Of a DNA stretch of 64,000 nt, positions 46,595 through 56,264 are shown one piece after another. The translations under genes and the position numbers were made by a program. Origin of the DNA: an uncultured Pseudomonadota bacterium (GTDB lineage: Bacteria; Myxococcota_A; Polyangia; Fen-1088); the NCBI GenBank assembly GCA_963819375.1, contig CAWFVU010000010.1, positions 69,652-133,651 on the forward strand, in the 5' to 3' direction. Every line of letters begins with the position of its first letter. Position 1 is the first letter of the stretch. The notes beneath the pieces are model-generated. The model worked only from the letters and a program-made list of their open reading frames with translations. It searched no databases and was not told the DNA's origin.

Positions 46595-47319
46595 CGGGGC
46601 GGCTCGCCTTCGCGGAAGGTCCCACCGCGATGGACGGCCTCCGCCAGGAACGTGATCTTCTGCTGGTAGGCGGCGAACAGCTGTTCGTTCCCGACGGTGT
46701 CGCCCGGGCTCCGGTGCGCGAGCTCGCGCGAGGTCGCGATCGCGTCGTCGAGCTGGGCCAGCCGCTCCGCGCAGCGCGCGCGCTCGGCCGGGCTCCAGCG
46801 CGGCTCCTCGCGCTCGAGGAGCCCCCGCAGCTTCTCGATCGAGCGTTCGTAGGCGGCGGCGGCGCTGGCGAACTCCGCTTCGGCCTCCATGACCAGCGGG
46901 TCGGCGGACGCCACGGTCGCGGCGGGCGCCACGACGACCGCCGTCGCCCGGTGGGTCCGCCAGGAGGCGAGCCCGAGCGCCACGACCGAAACGGCGACCG
47001 CCCCGGCCAGCGCGCCGCTGCCGAACAGGCGGAGCGACAGCCACCAGGGGCGCTCGTGGCGAGCCATCGCCCCCTCGACGGCGGGCCAGAGCGACGGCGG
47101 CGGCTCCGGGCGTTCGAGCCCTCGCGCCGCCGTCACCATCGCCGTCAGCTGGCCGATCGACACCGTGCACTGCGGACAGGTCGCCAGGTGCGCGCGCACC
47201 GCCTGCGCTTCGGACATGGAGAGGTCGCCGTCGACGAAGGCCGACAGCGTCTCGGTCGGCTGAACGCAGGGCTTGGAGCTGTCGATCGTTTCGTGCGTTT
47301 CGTGCGTTTCGTGCGCCAT
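46591..47319 (-). CDS. anti-sigma factor (zf-HC2 type), single-pass membrane protein
   Basis: HLATCPQC zinc-finger motif near the N-terminus and a central TM helix (LFGSGALAGAVAVSVVALGLA). Located directly downstream of the ECF sigma gene. Confidence 0.8.
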   Translation of the reverse strand: MAHETHETHETIDSSKPCVQPTETLSAFVDGDLSMSEAQAVRAHLATCPQCTVSIGQLTAMVTAARGLERPEPPPSLWPAVEGAMARHERPWWLSLRLFGSGALAGAVAVSVVALGLASWRTHRATAVVVAPAATVASADPLVMEAEAEFASAAAAYERSIEKLRGLLEREEPRWSPAERARCAERLAQLDDAIATSRELAHRSPGDTVGNEQLFAAYQQKITFLAEAVHRGGTFREGEPPR

Positions 47320-47349
47320 CGTGTCGCTATCCGTGTTGCCGTGTTGCCG

Positions 47350-48027
47350 TTATCCGCTTTGCAGAGCTTCGGCCGTGATGCCGTCGGCCGCCAGAATCTC
47401 GCGCAGGCGCGCCCGCGCCTTGTGAAGCTGTGACTTCGAGGTGCCGACGTGGCACCTCAGGATCGAAGCGATCTCCTCGTGCTCGAGCCCCTCGACGTCG
47501 TGCAGCACGATCACCGTGCGGTACCCGGTCGGCAGCTGCACCAGCGCACGCTCGAGGCGCGCACGCAGGACCGCGTCGCCCCGCACCGGCTCGGCGGCCG
47601 GCTGGGCTTCGATCGCCCGCTCGAGCTGCCCGTCGAGCTGACTGTCGCTCTGGCCCTGCGTCAGCATCCGGGCGCCCGCCCGCCGGGTGCGGTGCGAGAG
47701 CGCCGCGTTCACCGCCAGCCGGTAGATCCAGGTCGACAACGCAGCGTCGCCCCGGAACTTGGGAAGCCCGCGAAAAATGCGGATGAAGGCCTCCTGGGCC
47801 ACCTCTTCCGCGTCGACCGGGCCGACGATGCGCAGCGCCAGGCCGTAGACCCGTTTCTTGTAGCGATGGTAGAGCGCCTCGCGGCTCCCGGGATCGCTGC
47901 GCTTGATGGCCGCGATGAGCTCCGCGTCGTCGAGCTCGGCCCGGGACGCCCCGGCGGGAACCAGCAGACCCTCGATTGCTCTCACCGCCGTGACGCCGAA
48001 CATCGCTTGAGGTGGTTTGACTGCCAT
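47350..48027 (-). CDS. ECF-type RNA polymerase sigma-70 family factor
   Basis: Region 2 (VYGLALRIVGPVDAEEVAQEAFIRIF...STWIYRLAVNAAL) and region 4 (YRTVIVLHDVEGLEHEEIASILRCHVGTSKSQLHKAR). Start uncertain: 48081, 48027 or 48003. Confidence 0.85.
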   Translation of the reverse strand: MAVKPPQAMFGVTAVRAIEGLLVPAGASRAELDDAELIAAIKRSDPGSREALYHRYKKRVYGLALRIVGPVDAEEVAQEAFIRIFRGLPKFRGDAALSTWIYRLAVNAALSHRTRRAGARMLTQGQSDSQLDGQLERAIEAQPAAEPVRGDAVLRARLERALVQLPTGYRTVIVLHDVEGLEHEEIASILRCHVGTSKSQLHKARARLREILAADGITAEALQSG

Positions 48028-48114
48028 CGCCCGCGTCCGGTTGCCCCCAAATAAAGTCGACGAAGCCCCGGCGGTCAACAACGCCGGTCACACCGGTGGT
48101 AGATTCCGCGACCC

Positions 48115-51100
48115 ATGCGGGTCGTGGTTTTGGCCTGTTTTTTCCTCTCCGGGGCCTCGGGGTTGATCCTCGAGATGCTCTGGACCCGAATGCTGACGCT
48201 GGTCTTCGGGTCGACGACGCTCGCCGTCTCGACGGTGTTGACGGCGTTCATGGGGGGCCTCGGGCTCGGGTCCTACCTGGCTGGGCGCTACGCAGATCGG
48301 CTCAGGAGCCCCGTGCGCGCCTATGCCATCGCCGAGGCGGGGATCGGCGTCTACGCGCTGCTGGTCCCCCTGGTGATGACGCTCTATCCGGGGCTCAATC
48401 GCGCGCTCTGGAGCGCCTTCGGCGACAGGTACGCGCTCCTGTCGGTGCTGCGCTTCGTGGCGTCGGCGGGGCTCCTGCTGGCGCCGACGACGCTGATGGG
48501 GGCGACGCTGCCTTTTCTCGCCCGGCACTTCGTGACGCGCCCCTGGGAGCTGCGCCGCATCGGCCTGCGGATCGGGACGCTCTACTCGGTGAACCTCTTC
48601 GGCGCGGTGGCCGGGGCCTTCTTCGCCGGCTTCGTCTTTCTACCAACCATCGGGCTCCGCTGGACCAACGTGACGGCCGCGTCCTTCGATCTGGTGCTGG
48701 CGGGCGCGATCCTCCTGGCGCACCACTACCTGCCGAAAAACGCCGAGGAGGGGGTGTCGATCGACGAGCGGCTCGACGTCGCGGCCGCGGAGGCGAACCT
48801 GGAGGGTCCTGCCTTACCCGCGGCTCCCGCGATCGACGATCGCTCGCGGCGGGCGGCGCTGGTAGCGTTCGCGGTCTCCGGCGCGACGGCGATGACGCTG
48901 CAGGTGCTCTGGACGCGCGCGCTGGCGGTCCTGCTCGGCTCCTCGATCTTCTCGTTCACGCTGATCCTGCTGGCGTTCCTGATCGGCCTCGGCCTCGGCG
49001 CGGCGCTGTTCGGGCGCGCCAGCCAGCGGACGCTGCACCCCGTGCGATGGCTGGCGATGCTGCACCTCGGGACGGCCATGGCGGTCGGGGCGACCTACCT
49101 CTTCACCGACAAGATGCCGTTCGTCTTCACCTGGCTCCTGCAGTCGTCGAGCTTCGCGGTCGACACGATCCTGATCTGTCAGTTCGTGATGGCCTGCATG
49201 ATCCTCCTTCCGGCGACGATCCTGATGGGGGGCGTCTTCCCGCTGACGATGCGGATCGCGGCGGGCGGGCTCGACTCCGTCGGGCGCGACGTCGGGCGGG
49301 CCTACGCCCTCAACACCGTCGGGGCCATCATCGGGTCCTTCTTCTCGGGGTTCGTGGTGCTGCCGAAGCTGGGGCTGCAGCGCGGGATCTACGCGGCGGT
49401 GCTGGGCGACCTGATCCTGGCCGGCGTGCTCTTCTGGGTGTCGCCGGGGCTTTCGCCCAAGCGTCGCCGCGCGGGCGTGGCGGCGGCGGTCGCGCTGGCG
49501 CTCATCGGCCTCGTCTTGCCGCGCTGGAACCTGGTCACCTTCTCGTCCGGATTTTTCCGGATGTCGGTGGCGCGCGAGTACATCAGCCGCAAGCTGCGCA
49601 AGCACGTCTGGAAGGATCCCAAGCTGGTGTTCTACGAGGACGGCACCGCCACCACCGTCAGTGTCGATCAGTGGGACGCCAAGACGTATTCCCTCAAGAA
49701 CAACGGCAAGGTCGACGCCTCGAACGACGCCGACATGCCGACACAGATCATGGTCGGCCTCCTGCCACTTTTATTTTACAACGGCGCCACGCCGCCCAAG
49801 GTGGCGCTGGTCGGCTTCGGCTCCGGCGTGACGGCCGGCGCGATCACCCAGTACCCCATCAAATCGCTGGAGGTGGTGGAGCTGGAGGCGGCGATCTATC
49901 GTGCGTCGCGCTTCTTCGCCAACGACAACCACCGGCCGCTGGAGAACCCCAAGGTCACGGCGCGCGTCGGCGACGGGCGCAACTTCCTGACCCAGCGCAA
50001 GGACAAGTTCGACGTCATCGTCAGCGAGCCCTCGAACCCCTGGCTGACGGGGGTCTCGAACCTCTTCACGCGCGAGTACTTCCGCAGCGTGAAGACGCGC
50101 CTCGCGCCCGACGGGATCTTCTGCCAGTGGGCGCAGCTCTACGAGATGGCCCCCTGGAACATCAAGACCATCTACGGGACGGTGCGCGAGGCGTTCCCCT
50201 ACGTGTACGTCTTCGCCGCCGAGGATCTGTCGTCGGACACCATCTTGGTCGGGAGCATGAAGCCCTTGCCGCTCGACATCGATCTGCTCGAGCGGGCGTT
50301 TCGGGATCCCTCGACGCGCGCCGAGGCGAAGCGCGGCGGGCTGAATTCGCCGCACGACGTGCTGGCCTACCTGCTGCTCGGCCCCGAGGAGCTGGAGTCG
50401 TTCACGGCCGGCACGCCGATCAACAGCGACGACAACGCGCGAATCGAGTTCGCGGCGCCGCGCGATCTGCTCGGCTACGCCAAGTTCGACCCCTACCTGA
50501 CCAAGGTCTACGGCCCGCTTTGGCCCTACGGGCGCCTCACGGAGCTGGCGCGCGGGTACGACGGGCCCGAGCGCGGCGCGCGCGCCGGGCTGCTGTCGCG
50601 GAGCCTGCTGGCGCACGGAAAGGCGCGCGAGTCAGAGCTCTGGGCGCGGCGCGCCGAGGCGGCCGGCAACCCGCCCGAGGCGCAGCACGCGCGCCTCCTG
50701 CTGAACCTCGTCTCGACGCGGCTCGACCGCGATCCCGAGATCCCACTGGCGGCGGGCGAGGAGCTCGCGCCGCCCGTCGTGCCGCCCAAGCTCGCCGCCG
50801 CACACCCCGAGCTCGTCGCGCAGGTGAAAGAAGAGTACCCCGACGTGCTGGCCGCCTACCACGCCCGCCGCTTCGCCACCGGCTACAAGATTCTAGAAAA
50901 GTGGCCCGAGGAGGTCTGGACGGGGCTCGGTCAGGACTTCTCGCTCCTGACCGGCTTCCTCGACTACAAGGCGGAGTTCTACAGCGACGCCATCGACGAG
51001 CTGAAGGTGCTGGCCGACGACGCGACCTTCGCCGCCCGTCGCCCCGAGGCGCTCTACTATCTGGGCCGCGCCTACTACGCCAACGCGATGTACACGAAGG

Positions 51101-51183
51101 CCGTCGAGGCGCTCGAGCGTTATGTCCGCTCACAGACGGTCCTCGGCCGCCCGCTGCTCCCCGGTCCCTCCACGAAGCTGTAG
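48115..51183 (+). CDS. fused MFS-like membrane domain / spermidine synthase-like domain / C-terminal TPR protein
   Basis: About 14 TM helices, then VALVGFGSGVTAGA...VELEAAI...DVIVSEPSNPWLTGVSNLFTREYF (aminopropyltransferase fold). TPR-like tail. Confidence 0.8.
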   Translation: MRVVVLACFFLSGASGLILEMLWTRMLTLVFGSTTLAVSTVLTAFMGGLGLGSYLAGRYADRLRSPVRAYAIAEAGIGVYALLVPLVMTLYPGLNRALWSAFGDRYALLSVLRFVASAGLLLAPTTLMGATLPFLARHFVTRPWELRRIGLRIGTLYSVNLFGAVAGAFFAGFVFLPTIGLRWTNVTAASFDLVLAGAILLAHHYLPKNAEEGVSIDERLDVAAAEANLEGPALPAAPAIDDRSRRAALVAFAVSGATAMTLQVLWTRALAVLLGSSIFSFTLILLAFLIGLGLGAALFGRASQRTLHPVRWLAMLHLGTAMAVGATYLFTDKMPFVFTWLLQSSSFAVDTILICQFVMACMILLPATILMGGVFPLTMRIAAGGLDSVGRDVGRAYALNTVGAIIGSFFSGFVVLPKLGLQRGIYAAVLGDLILAGVLFWVSPGLSPKRRRAGVAAAVALALIGLVLPRWNLVTFSSGFFRMSVAREYISRKLRKHVWKDPKLVFYEDGTATTVSVDQWDAKTYSLKNNGKVDASNDADMPTQIMVGLLPLLFYNGATPPKVALVGFGSGVTAGAITQYPIKSLEVVELEAAIYRASRFFANDNHRPLENPKVTARVGDGRNFLTQRKDKFDVIVSEPSNPWLTGVSNLFTREYFRSVKTRLAPDGIFCQWAQLYEMAPWNIKTIYGTVREAFPYVYVFAAEDLSSDTILVGSMKPLPLDIDLLERAFRDPSTRAEAKRGGLNSPHDVLAYLLLGPEELESFTAGTPINSDDNARIEFAAPRDLLGYAKFDPYLTKVYGPLWPYGRLTELARGYDGPERGARAGLLSRSLLAHGKARESELWARRAEAAGNPPEAQHARLLLNLVSTRLDRDPEIPLAAGEELAPPVVPPKLAAAHPELVAQVKEEYPDVLAAYHARRFATGYKILEKWPEEVWTGLGQDFSLLTGFLDYKAEFYSDAIDELKVLADDATFAARRPEALYYLGRAYYANAMYTKAVEALERYVRSQTVLGRPLLPGPSTKL

Positions 51184-51290
51184 GGCGCCGTGGACGGATC
51201 GCCTTGCCCGGTCCATGTAACGGCCGTCCTCGAACACGCGGACCGGCCGGGCATCTCGTAGACACGTCGTCGCCGAGCAGTGAACCCCGC

Positions 51291-51311
51291 CCGGCGTGAC
51301 GAGCACGCCGG
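51291..51311. terminator. GC hairpin between convergent genes
   Basis: ccggcgtg-acgag-cacgccgg between the stop at 51183 (+) and the rpsI stop at 51339 (-). No U-tract. Confidence 0.3.
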
Positions 51312-51338
51312 ACTTCGATTCGGACTTCGGGCCGCGGT

Positions 51339-51737
51339 CTAGCGCTTGCTGAACTGGAAGCGGGCGCGGGCGCCGCGCTGACCGTACTTCTTGCGCTCTT
51401 TTTGGCGCGCGTCGCGGGTCAGGTAGCCGGCCTTCTTGAGGGCGGGCCGGTGCGCGGGTTCGATCTTGATGAGGCTGCGCGAGATGCCGTGGCGAATCGC
51501 GTCCGCCTGGCCCGACAGGCCGCCGCCGCGGACGTTGACGAACACGTCGAACTGTCCGGAGGTCTCGGTCAGCTCGAGCGCCTGGCGGAACACCATGCGC
51601 GAGGTCTCGCGGCCGAAGTACTCCTCCAGCGAGCGGTCGTTGATGGCGATCTTGCCGGAGCCCGGCTGCAACCAGACGCGCGCGACGGCGTGCTTGCGGC
51701 GACCAGTGGCGTAGGTGGCTTTGGAAACGTCGGGCAT
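51339..51737 (-). CDS. rpsI: 30S ribosomal protein S9
   Basis: [12 protein letters not shown]...[19 protein letters not shown]...[22 protein letters not shown]. Confidence 0.97.
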   Translation of the reverse strand: MPDVSKATYATGRRKHAVARVWLQPGSGKIAINDRSLEEYFGRETSRMVFRQALELTETSGQFDVFVNVRGGGLSGQADAIRHGISRSLIKIEPAHRPALKKAGYLTRDARQKERKKYGQRGARARFQFSKR

Positions 51738-51754
51738 CGGAGCTCCTGCTTTGC

Positions 51755-52219
51755 TTAGGCGGTCTTGGTGGCGAACTTGATGGGCTTGGGCTGCTGCGCG
51801 GCGTGCGGGTGCTCCGCGCCGGCATAGACCTTCAGCTTCCTGTAGATCTGGCGGCCGAGCGGGCCCTTGGGGAGCATGCCCCAGACGGCGCGCTTGACGA
51901 GGTCGGTCGGGTGGCGCTTGACCAGCTGCTCGGCCGTCTGCGTGCGCAGACCGCCCGGGAACAGCGAGTGGTCACGGTAGAGCTTGCCCGACCACTTCTT
52001 GCCGGTCAGCTTGACCTTCTCGGCGTTGACGACCACCACGAAGTCGCCGGCGTCGGCGTGGGCGGTGAACGTCGGCCGGTGCTTGCCGCGCAGGATGTCG
52101 GCGATCATCGTCGCCGCGCGGCCGAGGGTCTGGCCTTCGACGTCGGCGATGCGCCAACCGTGCTCGAAACCCTCTTTGATCTGAAAAGTCGAACGATGGT
52201 GCGTGGCTGCTGCGGGCAT
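51755..52219 (-). CDS. rplM: 50S ribosomal protein L13
   Basis: [24 protein letters not shown]...[18 protein letters not shown]...[11 protein letters not shown]. Confidence 0.97.
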   Translation of the reverse strand: MPAAATHHRSTFQIKEGFEHGWRIADVEGQTLGRAATMIADILRGKHRPTFTAHADAGDFVVVVNAEKVKLTGKKWSGKLYRDHSLFPGGLRTQTAEQLVKRHPTDLVKRAVWGMLPKGPLGRQIYRKLKVYAGAEHPHAAQQPKPIKFATKTA

Positions 52220-52427
52220 GGAGCGCGGTTTCTACTTGAGCGGCCCGGCTTTGTCAACGCGTCCCTCGCCGCCCTCCGCCCCGGGGTGGTTCCCCGGAGG
52301 CCGGGGTTGCTTCCCGAGACCCTTCCCGAGACCCTTTATCGATCGCTGTGCGACAGGCAAAATGTGTGACAAATCCGAATTTGATCACTTTTGGGGATGG
52401 GCTTACTGTAAGCCCCGGAGGTCATCC

Positions 52428-52751
52428 ATGGTGCGTGCGCTCTTCCTGTCAGTGTGTCTTTTGGCGATGGTTGGTTGTGGAAGCACCCGCCCGCAAACCA
52501 GCGACTGCGAGGACTACGTCGAGAGCTTTCTCTGCCCGGCGGTCCAGAGCTGCTCGTATTCGACGTACGCCTCGTTCGGCGACTGTGTCTCATACTTCGA
52601 GAACGTCTACTACGGTTGCTCGACGACGCTGGAGGCCCCGGGGCTTGGGGCGTGCGAGGCGGACACCGACAGCTATTCCTGCTCCGCGCTGTTCAACCTG
52701 GACTACTCGGTCAGCCCTCCGGCTTCCTGCTTCGGGGTCTTCTACCACTAG
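52428..52751 (+). CDS. small Cys-rich lipoprotein (hypothetical)
   Basis: ATG at 52428. Lipobox LLAMVGC. Eight further Cys in about 90 aa. No family recognised. Confidence 0.55.
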   Translation: MVRALFLSVCLLAMVGCGSTRPQTSDCEDYVESFLCPAVQSCSYSTYASFGDCVSYFENVYYGCSTTLEAPGLGACEADTDSYSCSALFNLDYSVSPPASCFGVFYH

Positions 52752-52799
52752 ACCGCCGTCCGACCTCGGGCCGGCGGGACGACGTATAGTCCCGCTGGC

Positions 52800-53798
52800 A
52801 TGGACGGGTCCGGCGGTCCCCAGCGCGCGCTGTTCGACGAGCCGCCGCGCGGGCTGAAAGCGGCGCCAGCGCGCCCCGAGCATCGGGCGCTCGCCGCGCG
52901 TCTGCCGCCGACCATCCGGTTCGGGACCATGTCCTGGAGCTTCCCGGGCTGGATCGGGAAGGTCTACGACGTCGGTGCGCCCAAGACGCGGCTCGCCGAC
53001 CGCGGCTTGCCGGCATACGCGTCGCACCCGCTTCACCGCGCGGTCGAGGTCGACCGGACTTACTACGAGGCGCCGGCGGCCGATTTCTTTCGCGGGCTCT
53101 CGCAAGAGGTGCCGGACGACTTTCAGTTTCTGGTCAAGGCGCACGAGGAGTGCACCGTCTTCCGGTTCCCGACCCATGCCCGCTATGGCAAGAGGCGCGG
53201 CGCGCTCAACGGGCGATTTCTCGACGCCGCCTACGCCACCGACGCGGTGGTGGGTCCGACCCTGGAGGGGCTGGGGGACAAGGCGGGGCCGCTGCTGTTT
53301 CAGTTCCCGCCCCAGCTGCTCGACGCGCCGGGCGCCTTCGCCGATCGCCTGCACGATTTTCTGCGGCGGCTGCCGCGTGGGCCGGCCTATGCGGTGGAGC
53401 TGCGCAACGCCGAGCTGTTCACGCCCGAGTATGGCGCCGCGCTGCTCGATGCCGGAGCGCTCCACTGTCACAACGTCTGGAGCGCGATGCCGCCGCTCTT
53501 GCAACAGGCGCGGGCGATCCCGCCGGGCGCACGCCGGCCGCTGCTGGTCCGCTGGCTCCTGCGCGCCGGCGACAACTACGAGGCGGCCGGGGAGCGCTAC
53601 CAGCCCTTCGACCGCCTCCGCGAGGAAGATCCCGAGAGCCGCTCGGCGATCGCCACGCTGGTCGCCAAGGCTCACGCGCACGGCGTGCCGGCGCTGATCA
53701 CCGTCAACAACACCGCCGAAGGCTGCGCGCCGGACGGGATCGCGCTCCTGGCCGACGAGGTGGCCGCCCGGATCGCCGGACAGTTGAACCGTCCGTGA
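52800..53798 (+). CDS. DUF72 (UPF0759) domain-containing protein
   Basis: RFGTMSWSFPGWIGKVY...VEVDRTYYEAPAADFFRGLSQEVPDDFQFLVKAHE is a typical DUF72 pattern. Confidence 0.8.
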   Translation: MDGSGGPQRALFDEPPRGLKAAPARPEHRALAARLPPTIRFGTMSWSFPGWIGKVYDVGAPKTRLADRGLPAYASHPLHRAVEVDRTYYEAPAADFFRGLSQEVPDDFQFLVKAHEECTVFRFPTHARYGKRRGALNGRFLDAAYATDAVVGPTLEGLGDKAGPLLFQFPPQLLDAPGAFADRLHDFLRRLPRGPAYAVELRNAELFTPEYGAALLDAGALHCHNVWSAMPPLLQQARAIPPGARRPLLVRWLLRAGDNYEAAGERYQPFDRLREEDPESRSAIATLVAKAHAHGVPALITVNNTAEGCAPDGIALLADEVAARIAGQLNRP

Positions 53799-53802
53799 AC
53801 CG

Positions 53803-55011
53803 CTAGGTCGTTCGCAGATACGCGCCGATGGCGGCGCAGGCCTGGCGGGCGCGCTCGTCCGTCTCCACCAGCGCGAAGCGGACGTAGCCCTCGCCGCCGG
53901 AGCCGAAGCCGACGCCCGGGGCGACGGCCACGCGCGCCTTTTCCAGGAGCTCGGTGGCGAACGCCACCGCGCCCTGGCCCAGCTTCCGGGCGCGCGCCGG
54001 CAGCGGCGCCCAGACGAACATCGAGGCGGTCGGGCGCGGCACCGGCCAGCCGGCCTCCGCGAGCCCGTCGCAGAGCAGCGCCGTGCGGTGCTTGTAGAGC
54101 GCGCGGTTGTTCGCCACGTCGGGGTCGCAGACGGGCGAGAGCGCCGTGGCCGCCGCCAGCTGCGTCGGGCCGAACATCCCGTAGTCGAGGTAGCCCTTGA
54201 TCGTCCCCAGCGCGCCGACCAGCGTCCTGTTGCCGACGCAGAACCCGACCCGCCACCCGGGCATCGAGTAGCTCTTCGACACGGTGAAGAACTCGACCGC
54301 CAGCTCGCGTGCCCCGGGCACCGCGAAGATGCTGGGCGCCGGGCGTCCGTCGTGGACCAGATCGGCGTAGGCGAGATCGGAGATCACCCAGAGCGACTCC
54401 CGCTTGGCCAGCGCCACCACCTTCTCGAAGAACTCCGGCTCGACCACCGCGCTGGTCGGGTTGTGCGGGAAGTTGATGATCAGGCCCTTCGGCTTGCGCG
54501 GCGACCGCCCGAGCGCCGCTTCGATCTCCTGGAACGGATCGAGGCCGGGGCGCGTGGCGACCGGGACCGGTTCGCCGCCGGCGATGATCACGCCGTAGCG
54601 GTGAATCGGGTAGCAGGGGTCGGGCGACAGAACGCAGTCGCCAGGGCCGACGATCGCCAGCAAGAGGTGCGCGAGCCCCTCCTTGGCGCCGAGCGTGACG
54701 ACCGCTTCCGTCTCCGGATCGAACGACTGCCCATAGCGGCGCTGGTACCAGTCGCAGATCGCCTTCCTGACCTCGGGCATCCCGCGCGACGGCATGTAGC
54801 GCTGGTTGCCGGGGCGCTGCGCCTCAGCAATGAGCCGCTCGATGGCCGGCTTGGGGCTCGGACCATCGGGGTTGCCGAGGCCGAAGTCGAAGACGTCATG
54901 CCCTTCGGCGCGCAGGCGCGACTTCAGGTCGTCGACCGCCGCCAGAATGTAGGGGGGGAGCGCGGCCAAGCGCGCGAACTGGTTCGCAGACTTATCGGGG
55001 GGGCCAGCCAT
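53803..55011 (-). CDS. class I/II PLP-dependent aminotransferase (alanine/aspartate transaminase-like)
   Basis: LGNPDGPSP...NQRYMPSRGMPEVRKAICDWY and PLP-Lys motif TVSKSYSMPGWRVGF. Confidence 0.85.
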   Translation of the reverse strand: MAGPPDKSANQFARLAALPPYILAAVDDLKSRLRAEGHDVFDFGLGNPDGPSPKPAIERLIAEAQRPGNQRYMPSRGMPEVRKAICDWYQRRYGQSFDPETEAVVTLGAKEGLAHLLLAIVGPGDCVLSPDPCYPIHRYGVIIAGGEPVPVATRPGLDPFQEIEAALGRSPRKPKGLIINFPHNPTSAVVEPEFFEKVVALAKRESLWVISDLAYADLVHDGRPAPSIFAVPGARELAVEFFTVSKSYSMPGWRVGFCVGNRTLVGALGTIKGYLDYGMFGPTQLAAATALSPVCDPDVANNRALYKHRTALLCDGLAEAGWPVPRPTASMFVWAPLPARARKLGQGAVAFATELLEKARVAVAPGVGFGSGGEGYVRFALVETDERARQACAAIGAYLRTT

Positions 55012-55118
55012 GACAAAAGTCGCGAGACACTACTTGATCGACGGCGCGACGGCTAGGCGCGATCTGCGGCCGGCGGGCCCACCTTGACTGAACCGACGTT
55101 CAGGCCTAAGAGATCGAG

Positions 55119-56264
55119 GTGCGCCCGGTGCCGATCTCCAATCCGCCGAACCCCTGGGCGACCACGGAGGTGGAGTATCTCGAAGGGACGCCCGAGATGC
55201 GGCTGGAGGTCTACGTCGACGGCACGCGCAACATCCTGTCGAAGAACGACAGCCCCGACGTCGGCTTCACCTGGAGCGTGAACCCCTACCGCGGCTGCTT
55301 CCACGCCTGCGCCTACTGCTACGCGCGCCCGACCCACGAATACCTGAGCTTCGGCGCCGGGACCGACTTCGACCGCAAGATCGTCATCAAGCCGAACGCG
55401 CCGGCGCTGCTGCGCGCGGCGTTCGCCAAGAAGAGCTGGCGGCGCGAGACCGTCGTCTTCAGCGGCGTCACCGACTGTTATCAGCCGTTGGAGGCCTCGT
55501 ACCGGCTGACGCGCGGCTGCCTGGAGGTCTGCGTCGAGCGGCAGAATCCGGCGGCCATCATCACCAAGTCGGCGCTGGTCGAGCGCGACGTCGATCTGCT
55601 CGCCGAGCTCGGTCGCGTCGCCGCGTCGCACGTGACGGTGAGCATTCCGTTCTGGGAGGCCGACAAGGCGCGCGCGATCGAGCCGTACGTCCCGACGCCG
55701 GCCCGACGGCTGCGCGTCATCGAGACGCTGGCGCGCGCCGGGATCTCGGTCGGCGTCAACGTCGCGCCGATCATCCCGGGGCTGAACGACCAGGACATCC
55801 CGAAGATCCTGGCCGCCGCGCGCGACGCCGGCGCGCGTTCGGCGGGGCACGTGCTGCTGCGGCTGCCGGGCCCGGTGAAGGCGGTGTTCGAAGAACGGCT
55901 GCGCGCGGCGCTGCCGCTGACGGCCGATCGGGTCCTCCATCGCGTGCGCGAGACACGTGGCGGTCAGCTCTACGATTCGCGGTTCGGTGTGCGCGGGCGC
56001 GGCGAGGGAAATTACGCCGACGCCATTCACGCGCTGTTCGAGGCGGCCGCGACCCGCCATGGATTCCGGCGCGGCGCGATCCCCAGCGACGTTCAGGTCG
56101 ACGCGCAGGACGCGCGGAAGACCTGCATGTCGATCGCGATGCCGGCGGCGATGACGTCCGTCGAGCGGACGGTCACGGAAAACCCGAGCGTCACGGAGGC
56201 TGCGGCCGCCGCGCAGAAGCCGCCCGTCGCGCGCACGGGGCAGCTGGATCTGCGCTTTACCTGA
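55119..56264 (+). CDS. PA0069-family radical SAM protein
   Basis: GTG start. NPPNPW...NPYRGCFHACAYCYARPTHEYL (CxxxCxxC). Confidence 0.8.
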   Translation: MRPVPISNPPNPWATTEVEYLEGTPEMRLEVYVDGTRNILSKNDSPDVGFTWSVNPYRGCFHACAYCYARPTHEYLSFGAGTDFDRKIVIKPNAPALLRAAFAKKSWRRETVVFSGVTDCYQPLEASYRLTRGCLEVCVERQNPAAIITKSALVERDVDLLAELGRVAASHVTVSIPFWEADKARAIEPYVPTPARRLRVIETLARAGISVGVNVAPIIPGLNDQDIPKILAAARDAGARSAGHVLLRLPGPVKAVFEERLRAALPLTADRVLHRVRETRGGQLYDSRFGVRGRGEGNYADAIHALFEAAATRHGFRRGAIPSDVQVDAQDARKTCMSIAMPAAMTSVERTVTENPSVTEAAAAAQKPPVARTGQLDLRFT

